Assembly (NCBI GenBank): GCA_020635235.1
Contig: JACKAF010000003.1
Coordinates: forward strand, 76,051-140,050
Length of the DNA stretch: 64,000 bases
Direction: 5' to 3'
From: Pseudobdellovibrionaceae bacterium
GTDB taxonomy: Bacteria; Bdellovibrionota; FAC87; UBA2466; JACKAF01
The notes below the pieces were generated by a model, which was not told where the DNA came from, did not search any database, and saw only the letters and a program-made list of their open reading frames with translations. Position 1 is the stretch's first letter, and the number at the start of each line of letters is the position of its first letter. Position numbers and translations under genes: made by a program. Positions 27,293-36,317 of the stretch are shown piece by piece.

Positions 27293-28052
27293 GACCTTCT
27301 CACTGTCGTGGCGGGTTGCTGTTCGTCACTGGTTGATCTTTCGCAAGGATCTCTTTGCGAATGTTTCTCCCACCATTATTGATCCGACACTCTTTCTGAT
27401 TTGTTTAGGATTGGGTCTCGGAGCTTACGTTAACCAAGTAGAAGGGCTCAGTTACGCCAGATACGTGGCACCCGGCTTAGCAGTCTCTACTGCGCTTTTC
27501 ACCGCTTTTTTTGAGTGCTCTTATAACTTCTATGTCCGCTTGACCTTCGAAAATATTTACAAGGCTATCCTTACGACACCCATTGGTCCGCGCGAGATAC
27601 TTTTTGGTGAATTTATCTGGATAGTGCTCAAAGGAATGGGGATGACCTCGATGGTTACGCTTTGGTTGGTTGTTTTCGGCTTTTGCCATTGGGAGTATGC
27701 GCTGCTGATGCCGATTCTAGGAGGACTCGTTTCTTTTGCCTGCGGGGCATTGGGGCTCATTGCGAGTTCGCTCGTAAAAAACATCAACCAGTTCCAAACA
27801 GTTTACAGCCTGGTTATCAGTCCGATGTTTTTCTTTTCGGGGATTTTCTTTCCCATCAAAGATCTCTTTTGGCCGCTGCGCTGGCTCGCCAATTTATCCC
27901 CGTTCTACCATGGTGTGAGTCTAGGTCAGCATATACTTTGGGCGCGTGAATTGGGTGTGGGTCTGGCCATTCACGGTTCCGCCCTGCTTGCCTTGTCGTT
28001 CTTGCTAGGCGCCATTGCGTACCGGCGTGTGCACCCGCTACTGTACAAATAG
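27285..28052 (+). CDS. ABC-2 type transporter permease (NodJ/YadH-like)
   Basis: ATG 27285 overlaps the ATPase stop. It has 6 hydrophobic spans. Confidence 0.8.
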   Translation: MLETFSLSWRVAVRHWLIFRKDLFANVSPTIIDPTLFLICLGLGLGAYVNQVEGLSYARYVAPGLAVSTALFTAFFECSYNFYVRLTFENIYKAILTTPIGPREILFGEFIWIVLKGMGMTSMVTLWLVVFGFCHWEYALLMPILGGLVSFACGALGLIASSLVKNINQFQTVYSLVISPMFFFSGIFFPIKDLFWPLRWLANLSPFYHGVSLGQHILWARELGVGLAIHGSALLALSFLLGAIAYRRVHPLLYK

Positions 28053-28177
28053 AGGCGGCTCCGCCAGCGCTTATCTAATATGCCGAGCTTACTAGGTTTT
28101 TACTTCTACCTCCCTTTTTGAAGACTTCGCTAACGAACCGCGTTAGGGTGGGTCCGTTGAGCTACCAACGACGAAAA

Positions 28178-29170
28178 ATGAAACTATTCTTGCTGGTTCT
28201 AATTTTTTTGGGGATCTTGGGCGTAGGCTTTTTCGCGGGTCACTATACGGCCAATTTGGGGAAACCGGCCGATCGCCACCCGGTCCGAATTGCGGAGGTC
28301 GGCATTCCGGAAGGCGCGCTGCTTTACGTAGCGTATGCCAAGGACTTTTTCGACAGTGAGGGAAATGCAGTAACGCTTACTCCCTATGTTGCGGGTAGGG
28401 ATGCGCTCCAGGCGCTTGTGGAAGGCAAGGCGGATGTTGCAACTGTTGCCAACACGCCGATTGTTCACAATGCGCTCGAGGGCAAGCGGTTCAAGGTGCT
28501 CGCTACATTGGGGACGTCCCGGGTAATGGGAATTATGGCCGACCGCAAGTTGGTTGCCAGTCCCGCGGATCTGATTGGGAAAAGAATTGGGGTTCCATTT
28601 GATACAGCAGGCGAATATTTTTTGGATCTGCTTCTGGCTCGCTACAATATCCCGGCTGAAAAAGTCTTCCGAGTGAACGTGGATCCGAACGGCATGTTGA
28701 GTGCCCTGCTGCAGAATAGAATTCAGGCTGCCGTGACATGGAATCCCTACATCAGCCAAATCCGCCAGGCCTTTGGCAAAGGTTACGCTTTTTATTCCGG
28801 CGATGAATTTTACGTCCTCTCTTGGAACTTGGTCGCCACTGAAGCCTTTGCCTCAGATACGCGCAGATCAAGCAGTTTGTTAAGAGCTTTTGATCGTGCG
28901 CGCGAGTTTATGGAAAGCTCGCCAGAGGAAGCCAAAATTTTGGTTTCCAACGCTTTGCGAGTTGAAAATCGACTTTTGGATCCTTACTGGCCCGATATGG
29001 AATTTGATACAACCCTCGATCAAAGCTTGATTCTAGCGATGGAAGCGCAAGCCCGATGGTATGCGCAGAAAGAACGCTACAAAGGTCAGGCCGTTCCCAA
29101 CTTTCTGGATTACCTGAGTTTAGATCCCCTGACACAGGTCAGTCCCGAAAAAGTAGGTGTGATTCGTTAG
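28178..29170 (+). CDS. membrane-anchored periplasmic solute-binding-like protein (NMT1/SsuA/PhnD-type fold)
   Basis: ATG 28178 (MKLFLLVLIFLGILGVGFF). An alternating alpha/beta SBP-like pattern (GRDALQALVEGKADVATVANTP..., GKRIGVPFDTAGEYF). The stop lies 2 nt before the kinase start. Confidence 0.65.
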   Translation: MKLFLLVLIFLGILGVGFFAGHYTANLGKPADRHPVRIAEVGIPEGALLYVAYAKDFFDSEGNAVTLTPYVAGRDALQALVEGKADVATVANTPIVHNALEGKRFKVLATLGTSRVMGIMADRKLVASPADLIGKRIGVPFDTAGEYFLDLLLARYNIPAEKVFRVNVDPNGMLSALLQNRIQAAVTWNPYISQIRQAFGKGYAFYSGDEFYVLSWNLVATEAFASDTRRSSSLLRAFDRAREFMESSPEEAKILVSNALRVENRLLDPYWPDMEFDTTLDQSLILAMEAQARWYAQKERYKGQAVPNFLDYLSLDPLTQVSPEKVGVIR

Positions 29171-29172
29171 CT

Positions 29173-31467
29173 ATGAGACACTTGGGGCGCACAATTGATT
29201 CCAAGCTGCGGTACGCGACTGCACTCATCCTTGTCCTCGCGCTCACGTCGATAGGGTTGATGTATGTCTCTCTGCACTCCCTTTCTGAAGAGCGACAGCG
29301 AGTAAGCACGGCGAGGCGGATCACTAAAGGGGTCTTCGAACTTACCATTTTGGCGAAGGATTATATTACCAGCCCCTCTGAGCGGGCTGCGAAGCAGTGG
29401 AACGATCGGGTAAATTCCATCCAGCACTTGGTGGAACGCACGCGATCTTTCCCCGGTAGCCAGAGGGTTGGCGATAGACTTCGGGATGGCCTCTTAGAAA
29501 TGAACTCAGCATTCAGTGAACTGAAGTTTCTTTCTAAGAAAGTTTCTGCGGCCGAGTCGGGATCCGGGGCGGCGGCGCGGCTTGCGCAACTCGAAATCTC
29601 TTTGGTTTACATGGGGCACCGAACGTCGGGTCTTGCAAAGCAGATCGCCGATGCCACCGAGGAGAGAGCGGAGGCGCTTGAAGGCCAGGCATTTTATGTA
29701 GTTGTTTTGACATCCCTGCTCCTGTCCGCGTTCATCGTGGCTCTGCTTCTAGTGATTCGTTTTCGTCTCAGGGACTCTTTCGCGGCGCTGCTTGAGTCCA
29801 TTCAAATGGTTACCGATGGCAAGTCGTCGAGGCGACAACGATGGGAGTTTGGTGAGGACGAAATCGGCACGTTGTTCAGCAAGTTTCAGGAGATGTCCGA
29901 AAAAATCGAATCCCGCTACTCGAAATTGGTTTTGGAATTGAGGGAAGCGAAACAGAAGGCCGACGCTGCAAACCAGGCCAAAAGCAATTTTCTCGCAAAT
30001 ATCAGCCACGAAATTAGGACTCCTCTGTCTGTTATCGATGGCTATTCCACCCTGCTTAGGGAAGGCAACGACGACGAAAAGACCGAAAGCTTGGCCAAGA
30101 TCCATTGGAACGTTCGCTACGCTACCAACCTTATCAACGATATTCTAGACCTCGCTAAAATTGAGTCGGGAAAGCTAAAGGTACTCAAAGAAAGTGTCGT
30201 CCTAAAACGCGAGCTTCCAATAATATTAAGTAGCTTGCGCGATCGCGCGATGGCGAAGGGACTGGTTTTCAGAGCCTCGGTGGAAGGAACCATCCCGGGG
30301 ACCATCTTCACCGATAAGATGAAGTTGGAACAGATCCTCCTAAACCTCGTTGGAAATGCCATCAAATTCACCGAAAAAGGCGAAGTGACTGCAGTGTTTT
30401 CGTTGGACGAGGAAGGCAAGCTACGGGTTCTAGTCTCGGATACGGGCATAGGACTAACCCCCGAGCAGGCCAAATGCCTTTTTGCGCCGTTTTCACAGGC
30501 CGATCCCTCTATTACCCGACGGTTTGGTGGAACTGGATTGGGGTTGGTTCTCTCGAGGCGAATGGCACGTCTATTGGGTGGGAACGTTAGCCTGGTGAGA
30601 AGCGAACCCGGCGAAGGCTCCTCATTTTTGTTCGAGCTCGATCCAGGGAGCCTCGAGGGCGTCGAAGGTATTACGGAATTGAGTGAGGACCTTAGTTACG
30701 TCAAGACGGAAAGACGTCCAGATGAAGGAGAACTCTATGGCTTGAGACTTTTACTGGCCGAAGACAACGAAGACCTACGGGATTTGTTTCGTGTGCGGCT
30801 GGAGTCCGCGGGGGCTAGTGTTCTTATTGCAACAAATGGTCGTGAAGCTGCTGAAGCAGCGATGGATCCTACGCGTAATTTTGATCTTATCTTGATGGAT
30901 ATTCAGATGCCTGAGATGGATGGTTACACAGCGACAAAGTTGCTGCGGGAAAGTGGAGTTCAGATACCTATCGTTGCGTGTACGGCAAGATTGATGAAGG
31001 AAGAGCGCATACGTGGGGCGGAGGTAGGAATGTCCGCGTATCTAGAAAAGCCGGTTCAGGTGGATCAGCTGATATCTCTCTGCAGACGCCTGACTCTCGG
31101 GGCTGGGGATGACTCGGCGACATCCAATAAGCTTAGTAGCTATTCCGATTTCCACGGCAATGCTAAGCTACACCCTCTACTGATACAGTTTGCGCGCAGA
31201 GTTCCGGCGTACGAAAAGGAAATTCGAGAAAGTTCCAAGGTAGGAAGCTTGGCCTTTATCCATTCGTTGGATCGCTGTCGCGGGGTGCTCTCAAGTTTTG
31301 GATTTTACGCCGTGGCGGATCGGGTGGCAGAAATAGAGAGTCTGCTGGAAGGCAATCAATCCTCAGAGAGTATTGAAGAACTCGTTCAGCGAATTAGCCT
31401 GGATCTTCAAGCCATCTACAAGACTTACGCCATGGACGAGCGAGGGGCGTCTAACCTGACGCACTAA
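29173..31467 (+). CDS. hybrid sensor histidine kinase (2 TM + HAMP + HisKA + HATPase_c + REC + HPt-like)
   Basis: ATG 29173. H-box SHEIRTPL, N/G boxes (LNLVGNAIKFT, DTGIGL, GGTGLGL), receiver DLILMDIQMPEMDGY, and a C-terminal helical HPt-like tail. Confidence 0.9.
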   Translation: MRHLGRTIDSKLRYATALILVLALTSIGLMYVSLHSLSEERQRVSTARRITKGVFELTILAKDYITSPSERAAKQWNDRVNSIQHLVERTRSFPGSQRVGDRLRDGLLEMNSAFSELKFLSKKVSAAESGSGAAARLAQLEISLVYMGHRTSGLAKQIADATEERAEALEGQAFYVVVLTSLLLSAFIVALLLVIRFRLRDSFAALLESIQMVTDGKSSRRQRWEFGEDEIGTLFSKFQEMSEKIESRYSKLVLELREAKQKADAANQAKSNFLANISHEIRTPLSVIDGYSTLLREGNDDEKTESLAKIHWNVRYATNLINDILDLAKIESGKLKVLKESVVLKRELPIILSSLRDRAMAKGLVFRASVEGTIPGTIFTDKMKLEQILLNLVGNAIKFTEKGEVTAVFSLDEEGKLRVLVSDTGIGLTPEQAKCLFAPFSQADPSITRRFGGTGLGLVLSRRMARLLGGNVSLVRSEPGEGSSFLFELDPGSLEGVEGITELSEDLSYVKTERRPDEGELYGLRLLLAEDNEDLRDLFRVRLESAGASVLIATNGREAAEAAMDPTRNFDLILMDIQMPEMDGYTATKLLRESGVQIPIVACTARLMKEERIRGAEVGMSAYLEKPVQVDQLISLCRRLTLGAGDDSATSNKLSSYSDFHGNAKLHPLLIQFARRVPAYEKEIRESSKVGSLAFIHSLDRCRGVLSSFGFYAVADRVAEIESLLEGNQSSESIEELVQRISLDLQAIYKTYAMDERGASNLTH

Positions 31468-31469
31468 TT

Positions 31470-32219
31470 TTAGTAAAAAGTTCCCGCAACAAAGCGCTTC
31501 AACGGAGAAGGTCGGTGTATAGAGTTTCGGTCGAATCCCCCCTCGTATTCCGAGCGGCTGATCGTAACCCCTGCATAGGGATCGGCGACCAGATCAAAGT
31601 CAGGGAGATACACCCATAAATGCCGACCGACTTCTTCGATTTCTCCGTCCTGCAGTATTGCTTCGATCCCAAGATCATTCAGTAGCCCTGCAAGGATGGA
31701 AGCCCGGTGTCGGCAGTTACCCCGATTGGTGTTGTTTGAGTTCAAGTAGTCTGAGGCGTAGCGGGTTTTTGGAAACCAGCGCCAGTCACCATCTTCATCA
31801 CCGTCCGTGCCGCCGAGCTTTTTCGTGAACATGTCAATGACCGCTCGTGGGTTCTCATCTCGGTTATCTAGGATTTGTAGCTCTTCGTCGTTGAGGCCGC
31901 TGCGGATATTGCCCCAATCCAAATAGATGCCATGACCGACGTGCTCGACGCCAGTCACTTCGCTCTTCACATTGTGATAAACCGCAGGTGAGAGGTAGCC
32001 CAAGGTGATGGCACCTACCGCAGCGAGTGAAATAAGAAATCCGCAACTTCCAAAACGCTTCTTGTTCTTTTTTGTCGGCTTAGTTGGAGCGGTTTTGAGT
32101 TCGATGATCTGACTTTGGGTGGATTCCAAAGTCGCCGGATAAGTTGCGGCGACGACAGAAGTCGGCCGGAACAGGACGCAAAGCGCCCACAAAAGAAGAT
32201 TAAGTTTTCTTGCCCCCAT
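31470..32219 (-). CDS. transglutaminase-like (Cys-His-Asp) domain protein, secreted or membrane-anchored
   Basis: Core triad context GNCRHRASILAGLLNDLGIEA ... GRHLWVYL ... DLVADP. It has an N-terminal signal/anchor. The start is uncertain (32219 or 32246). Confidence 0.55.
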   Translation of the reverse strand: MGARKLNLLLWALCVLFRPTSVVAATYPATLESTQSQIIELKTAPTKPTKKNKKRFGSCGFLISLAAVGAITLGYLSPAVYHNVKSEVTGVEHVGHGIYLDWGNIRSGLNDEELQILDNRDENPRAVIDMFTKKLGGTDGDEDGDWRWFPKTRYASDYLNSNNTNRGNCRHRASILAGLLNDLGIEAILQDGEIEEVGRHLWVYLPDFDLVADPYAGVTISRSEYEGGFDRNSIHRPSPLKRFVAGTFY

Positions 32220-32264
32220 ACCTACGAACCAGCAAGCCACGGGCACTGCGGCTTGTCAATGGGT

Positions 32265-32696
32265 TCAATCGAGCAAAGGGACCTCTATGGGCAGAGCACC
32301 GGCAACTCGGTAGCGTACATCTGTAGGATCAATGAAGAGTTTGTGTGAGTGGCCTGCTACCTCATCTGTTTGTACGTACACGCGCTTAAGTTGCTTGAGG
32401 TCAGCAAAATGTTCTGGAAGCAGAACGAACCGGTGGTTTCGCCCGCCGTGCCCGTGCCAAAATTCCATCTCTACGGGTTCGTTCGCCAGTATGTATTCGA
32501 CCCGTACGATTCCGGTCTTGGGGCCTAGTCCGCCGTCAAAGTACAGCGCCATGGCGTGGGTATCGTAAAGCGTGACTGTACCCTCATGCAGTCCAAATAG
32601 CGTCGATACCTTGGAAGTGTCGTTGCCGCAGCGGTTTAATCCCACGACAACAAATCCAAAACCAATGGCGCGTTTTACGAAGGTGCGTCGGTTCAT
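32265..32696 (-). CDS. Tat-signal small His-rich protein, unknown function
   Basis: ATG 32696 follows GGAG. Twin-arginine motif MNRRTFVKRA. His clusters FWHGHGGRNHRF and AGHSHKLF. Confidence 0.55.
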   Translation of the reverse strand: MNRRTFVKRAIGFGFVVVGLNRCGNDTSKVSTLFGLHEGTVTLYDTHAMALYFDGGLGPKTGIVRVEYILANEPVEMEFWHGHGGRNHRFVLLPEHFADLKQLKRVYVQTDEVAGHSHKLFIDPTDVRYRVAGALPIEVPLLD

Positions 32697-32802
32697 ATGA
32701 GGCTCCACGGAAAGAGAAATGCAGGTTATCTAATGATGATAGACCGTGCGGTGGAGCCCGTCGGTAGGGCGTGTGTAGCTTATCTTAACAGTTGTTACTA
32801 AA

Positions 32803-34206
32803 CTACTCTATGCGGCACAGGGTCGCCGCCTCAGGCTCGTCCAGAGTTGCCAAAGCCCGGCGCAATTCTTTTGGGCTTACCGAGTAGGCTACCCCGTCTG
32901 ATTTGGCAACACAGGCCTCACGTGGCAAAACACATGCGTAGGTCAAAAAAGTACTCGATTCGGATTCCGTGAGTATTTTCTTTTTCTGTTGCAACAACTC
33001 ATTGACACAGTTTCGACAACTCTGAGCGACCGCTTTGGTGATTGTATCTTCGGTTGGGACCGCGTTAAGCCCGGCCTCGTAAAAAACTCTGCCGCTAAGA
33101 TTTCTGAAAACGAGGTTAAAGTCGCACGCTATGCCATCTTTGAAGTTGAAATTTGGGCCAGGAGAGACTCCGTGCTTAAATGCCCATTTAGAGATGACAC
33201 CGCTGTTCTTTTCACTAGCGGTTAGGCGTTCAATGGCGCGCTTCATTCCAGTCGGGTAGTTATCCCAGTTGGTTTCACTTGGGTTAGTAATCAGAGAAAA
33301 AATATTGTGTGAATCTGTTTCCGGAAATATTGGTGTCCCATCGTCGCAAAATCTGAAGTTGTTTTCATTCCCCTCAGCATGGCAGTCGAGGCAACCCGCA
33401 TCCGAGATTAAAGGGGCGAGCTGTTCTGTAAGTTTTTCGATCTCGGTTTTTTTTGTTTCGAGAGTTTCTCCTTCTTTACCCACGATTTCTGATTTGCATT
33501 TGGCCGCTTTTGGTTGATCGGGGTAGGGCTGATTCTCTCGCCTGGTAGAGTCCACCCGAAGCCAGTTGCTCTCGACAAGTCGCATGAGCGGTTCCACAAA
33601 ACGTTGGCACTCAACATTTGCTGAGCGTACCTTCCCATCCACAATCTCGACCCGCCACCGGGCAGTTTGGAAGGCGGAGGCGTTTCGTCCCGTCAGCTGG
33701 CCAATCCCTTGAGTGTTTTCTGCTTCGGTGGATACCCCCTTGCTGCGGATTTGGAGTTCGCCCGCATAGGTTCCGTCCCTTTCTATGGTTCCTAAATCTA
33801 GTTCGGCCGACAGAATGCTGCCTACCTTCCTTTCGACAGAAGATTGGGCGGTGGCGCCTTTCGGATAAATTATTTTGAGATCGACAGAACGTCCGGCCCG
33901 CACGCCGGCAAGATCGGTTTTGTTTTCGAAAAGATGGAAGTAGGAACCAGCCTCAACGTGGCGGCCCGTCGTCATGGACGCCGCCCATTTGAACTTAAGC
34001 TTTACACTGTTGGCGTTCTCCTCGGCATCCAGTGTGACTCGGATACGCGAAACTTCGTAAGGTTCTCCGCTCGCCCCGGCCGCATTTTGAAAGCGGTCAT
34101 CATTGGGGCGACTATAGACGTTGTAGAATTCTTTTGCCGCCGCAGTCGATTGAAAAGAAATACATAAGAATAGAGTGAGATACCCCACCAACCCAAAAAC
34201 GCGCAC
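32803..34206 (-). CDS. secreted CXXCH-motif protein (paralog A'), unknown function
   Basis: GTG start follows AGGGGG. It has a signal peptide and a CLDCH motif. Blocks shared with paralog A: EFY..YSRPNDDRFQNAAG.SGEPYEVSRIR, NQPYP.QPKAAKCKSE, NFRFCDDGTPI. Confidence 0.7.
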   Translation of the reverse strand: MRVFGLVGYLTLFLCISFQSTAAAKEFYNVYSRPNDDRFQNAAGASGEPYEVSRIRVTLDAEENANSVKLKFKWAASMTTGRHVEAGSYFHLFENKTDLAGVRAGRSVDLKIIYPKGATAQSSVERKVGSILSAELDLGTIERDGTYAGELQIRSKGVSTEAENTQGIGQLTGRNASAFQTARWRVEIVDGKVRSANVECQRFVEPLMRLVESNWLRVDSTRRENQPYPDQPKAAKCKSEIVGKEGETLETKKTEIEKLTEQLAPLISDAGCLDCHAEGNENNFRFCDDGTPIFPETDSHNIFSLITNPSETNWDNYPTGMKRAIERLTASEKNSGVISKWAFKHGVSPGPNFNFKDGIACDFNLVFRNLSGRVFYEAGLNAVPTEDTITKAVAQSCRNCVNELLQQKKKILTESESSTFLTYACVLPREACVAKSDGVAYSVSPKELRRALATLDEPEAATLCRIE

Positions 34207-34348
34207 CCCCGGCCCCCTAACGACGACTATAGTCCAGCATTCCGATGCCGCGGAAATCTGAACATGCCTAAGTCAATACTTTGAGAATTTGCGACCCAAC
34301 GCGATTTGTCAACGGGGCGCGGCATGGAGCGCGGCTTTTGGCGGGCAT

Positions 34349-34390
34349 AAAAAAAGCCCTCTTACAACGCCTTGTAAGAGGGCTTTTTAT
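34349..34390. terminator. strong bidirectional intrinsic terminator not attached to any CDS
   Basis: A7, a 13-bp perfect stem AGCCCTCTTACAA/TTGTAAGAGGGCT with a 4-nt loop, then T5. Both flanking genes are transcribed away from it. Confidence 0.7.
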
Positions 34391-34653
34391 TGCAACTAGG
34401 AGTCATGGAATCTAACGATTTCTTATATTCTCTCAGGCTTGCCTCTCGATCGGCACCCATAGGAGTGACGCGAAAGCGCCTTTCAGTAAGTATTTGAAAT
34501 TGCTTGTATAATGCGGTTTCCGCTCGTGGGGAGCGCCCGGTGCCGGCCTTGGGAGAAGGGAAATCCCTGGTGGAGGGCCCCAATACGGTGTATTAACAGA
34601 GATTAAGCCCGAAGTTTTGCAGTTAATCGCCTTTATCCAAGAGGACAAATACT

Positions 34654-35136
34654 TTGAGTATCAAAAAAAATTCTGTGGTTTCGATCTCCTACGTTCTCAC
34701 CAATGATGCTGGTAAGCAGCTGGACGCCTCTCCGAAGGACGAACCGCTTACCTACCTCCACGGAGCGGGCAATATTATTAGAGGACTGGAGACGGCCCTG
34801 GAGGGTCAAACCAAGGGCGAAAAAATGAAGATCAGTGTCCCTCCTGAAGAGGCCTATGGTCTTCGCGATGAGGCATTAGTGCAGTCCATCCCGCGGGATC
34901 GGTTTCCCGATGCCAGCGAAGTCAAAATTGGGGCCCAATTCCAGGCAAGTACTGAGAACGGTCCCGTCTTGCTCACCGTTACGGACATTCGGGACAACCA
35001 GGTGACGGTTGATGCCAACCACCCGCTTGCCGGTTCCACGCTTCATTTCAACGTGGAAATCGTAGAGATTCGGGAAGCCACGGCTGAGGAGCTGCAGCAC
35101 GGTCACGTCCACGGACCCGACGGCCACCACCACTAG
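34654..35136 (+). CDS. slyD: FKBP-type peptidyl-prolyl isomerase / metallochaperone SlyD
   Basis: Collinear with E. coli SlyD (YLHGAGNIIRGLETALEG, VDANHPLAGSTLHFNVEIVEIREAT). His-rich tail HGHVHGPDGHHH. TTG start follows AAGAGGA. Confidence 0.85.
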   Translation: MSIKKNSVVSISYVLTNDAGKQLDASPKDEPLTYLHGAGNIIRGLETALEGQTKGEKMKISVPPEEAYGLRDEALVQSIPRDRFPDASEVKIGAQFQASTENGPVLLTVTDIRDNQVTVDANHPLAGSTLHFNVEIVEIREATAEELQHGHVHGPDGHHH

Positions 35137-35243
35137 ACGGCGTCTGACAAATTTTCCCAATTCGTATTCCGTGCCTTGCCAGAATTCGGCGGGCCTGCGC
35201 GGCGACGTTGTCGTTTGACGCCGCTTGGGCTAAGTTTACACCC

Positions 35244-35669
35244 ATGCGTGGTCCGCACTTTCTTTTTGCAGCCTGGGTTTTGAGTGCAATGGGTACATTT
35301 GGCAGCCTTTTTTTTAGCGAGGTCATGCAGTTTGCTCCTTGTACGCTGTGCTGGTACCAGCGCATCTTTATGTACCCGTTGGTTGTTACCCTCGCTGTAG
35401 GCTATGCGTGCCAGGATCCCCGGGTGTACCGTTATAGTATGCCGCTCGTTCTTTTGGGATTGATCGTTGCCGTTTATCACAACCTTTTGTTTTACGGAGT
35501 CATTCCTGCAAGCTTGGCGCCCTGTACGCAGGGAGTTTCCTGTACGGAAGCGCAGCTGGAAGGTTTTGGTTTCGTTAGTATCCCGCTGCTTTCTTTGGTG
35601 GGATTTGTCTGTTTGGCTACACTCCTGCAACTCTTTAAGAATCGAGGAACGTCATGGGCTCTAAACTAA
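35244..35669 (+). CDS. dsbB: disulfide bond formation protein B (BdbC-type)
   Basis: GSLFFSEVMQFAPCTLCWYQRIFMYPL is the CxxC region typical of BdbC/DsbB. It has 4 TM spans. The start is 35208 or 35244. Confidence 0.75.
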   Translation: MRGPHFLFAAWVLSAMGTFGSLFFSEVMQFAPCTLCWYQRIFMYPLVVTLAVGYACQDPRVYRYSMPLVLLGLIVAVYHNLLFYGVIPASLAPCTQGVSCTEAQLEGFGFVSIPLLSLVGFVCLATLLQLFKNRGTSWALN

Positions 35670-36301
35670 AACCTGTTTTGCTGACAACCGTGTTGCTGGT
35701 TGCGGTCTTTGCCGGCGGCAGCCTTTGGTACAAAGCTTCGCAGCAGGCAAAGCGCGAAAAGGCCATCGCAGAAACCAAAGATCTACTCGAACGACCGGAA
35801 AGCCCTTTTATGGGCCCTTCCGATGCACCGGTGCGCGTGGTGGAGTTCTTGGATCCAGAGTGCGAAGCCTGCGCCGCGTTTTATCCGGTAGTGAAGATGG
35901 TTCTAAAGGACTATCCGAACCAGATTAAATTGATTGTCCGCTACCTTCCGCTGCACGGGAACTCGGCCTACGCGGCGTCCATTTTGGAAGTCTTGCGTGC
36001 GAGAGGGAAGTTTTGGGAAGGTCTGGAGATGTTCTTCGCAAAGCAACCGGAGTGGGGAGACCATCAGACCCCGAAACCGGAGCTCCTCAAAACCTACGCG
36101 GCGGCATTGGGTGTGAGCAACGAAGAGCTCGAGGCGGCGCTTAAGGATTCTATGTACATGAACCATGTGAAACAGGATCATTCTGACGCTCGGGCTTTGG
36201 GTGTTCGGCGTACGCCCACCTTTTTTGTAAACGGCAAGCCACTAGAAGATCTCAGCTACAAGGCCTTGAAAGAAATGATTGGTCGAGAACTAGCGGAATA
36301 G
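35654..36301 (+). CDS. DsbA-family thiol:disulfide oxidoreductase (BdbD-like)
   Basis: N-terminal anchor and thioredoxin-fold active site FLDPECEACAAFYP. It overlaps the dsbB end. Confidence 0.8.
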   Translation: MGSKLKPVLLTTVLLVAVFAGGSLWYKASQQAKREKAIAETKDLLERPESPFMGPSDAPVRVVEFLDPECEACAAFYPVVKMVLKDYPNQIKLIVRYLPLHGNSAYAASILEVLRARGKFWEGLEMFFAKQPEWGDHQTPKPELLKTYAAALGVSNEELEAALKDSMYMNHVKQDHSDARALGVRRTPTFFVNGKPLEDLSYKALKEMIGRELAE

Positions 36302-36317
36302 GTTTGAGGGGTTTTTT

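Noticed and set aside
34390-34620. Tested the structured intergenic segment against known housekeeping RNAs (6S, tmRNA, SRP/4.5S, RNase P) and common riboswitch cores.
   Set aside because: I could not find the conserved cores: the tmRNA tRNA-like end, the SRP GGAAGCAGCC-type loop, the RNase P GAGGAAAGTCC, or 6S closing-stem symmetry. It is left as unassigned rather than named.
34362-34648. Minus-strand ORFs 34362..34583 (73 aa) and 34433..34648 (71 aa) in the slyD upstream gap.
   Set aside because: Neither has an SD sequence. The first ORF's C-terminus and stop codon are encoded by the terminator hairpin itself, and the composition looks non-coding.
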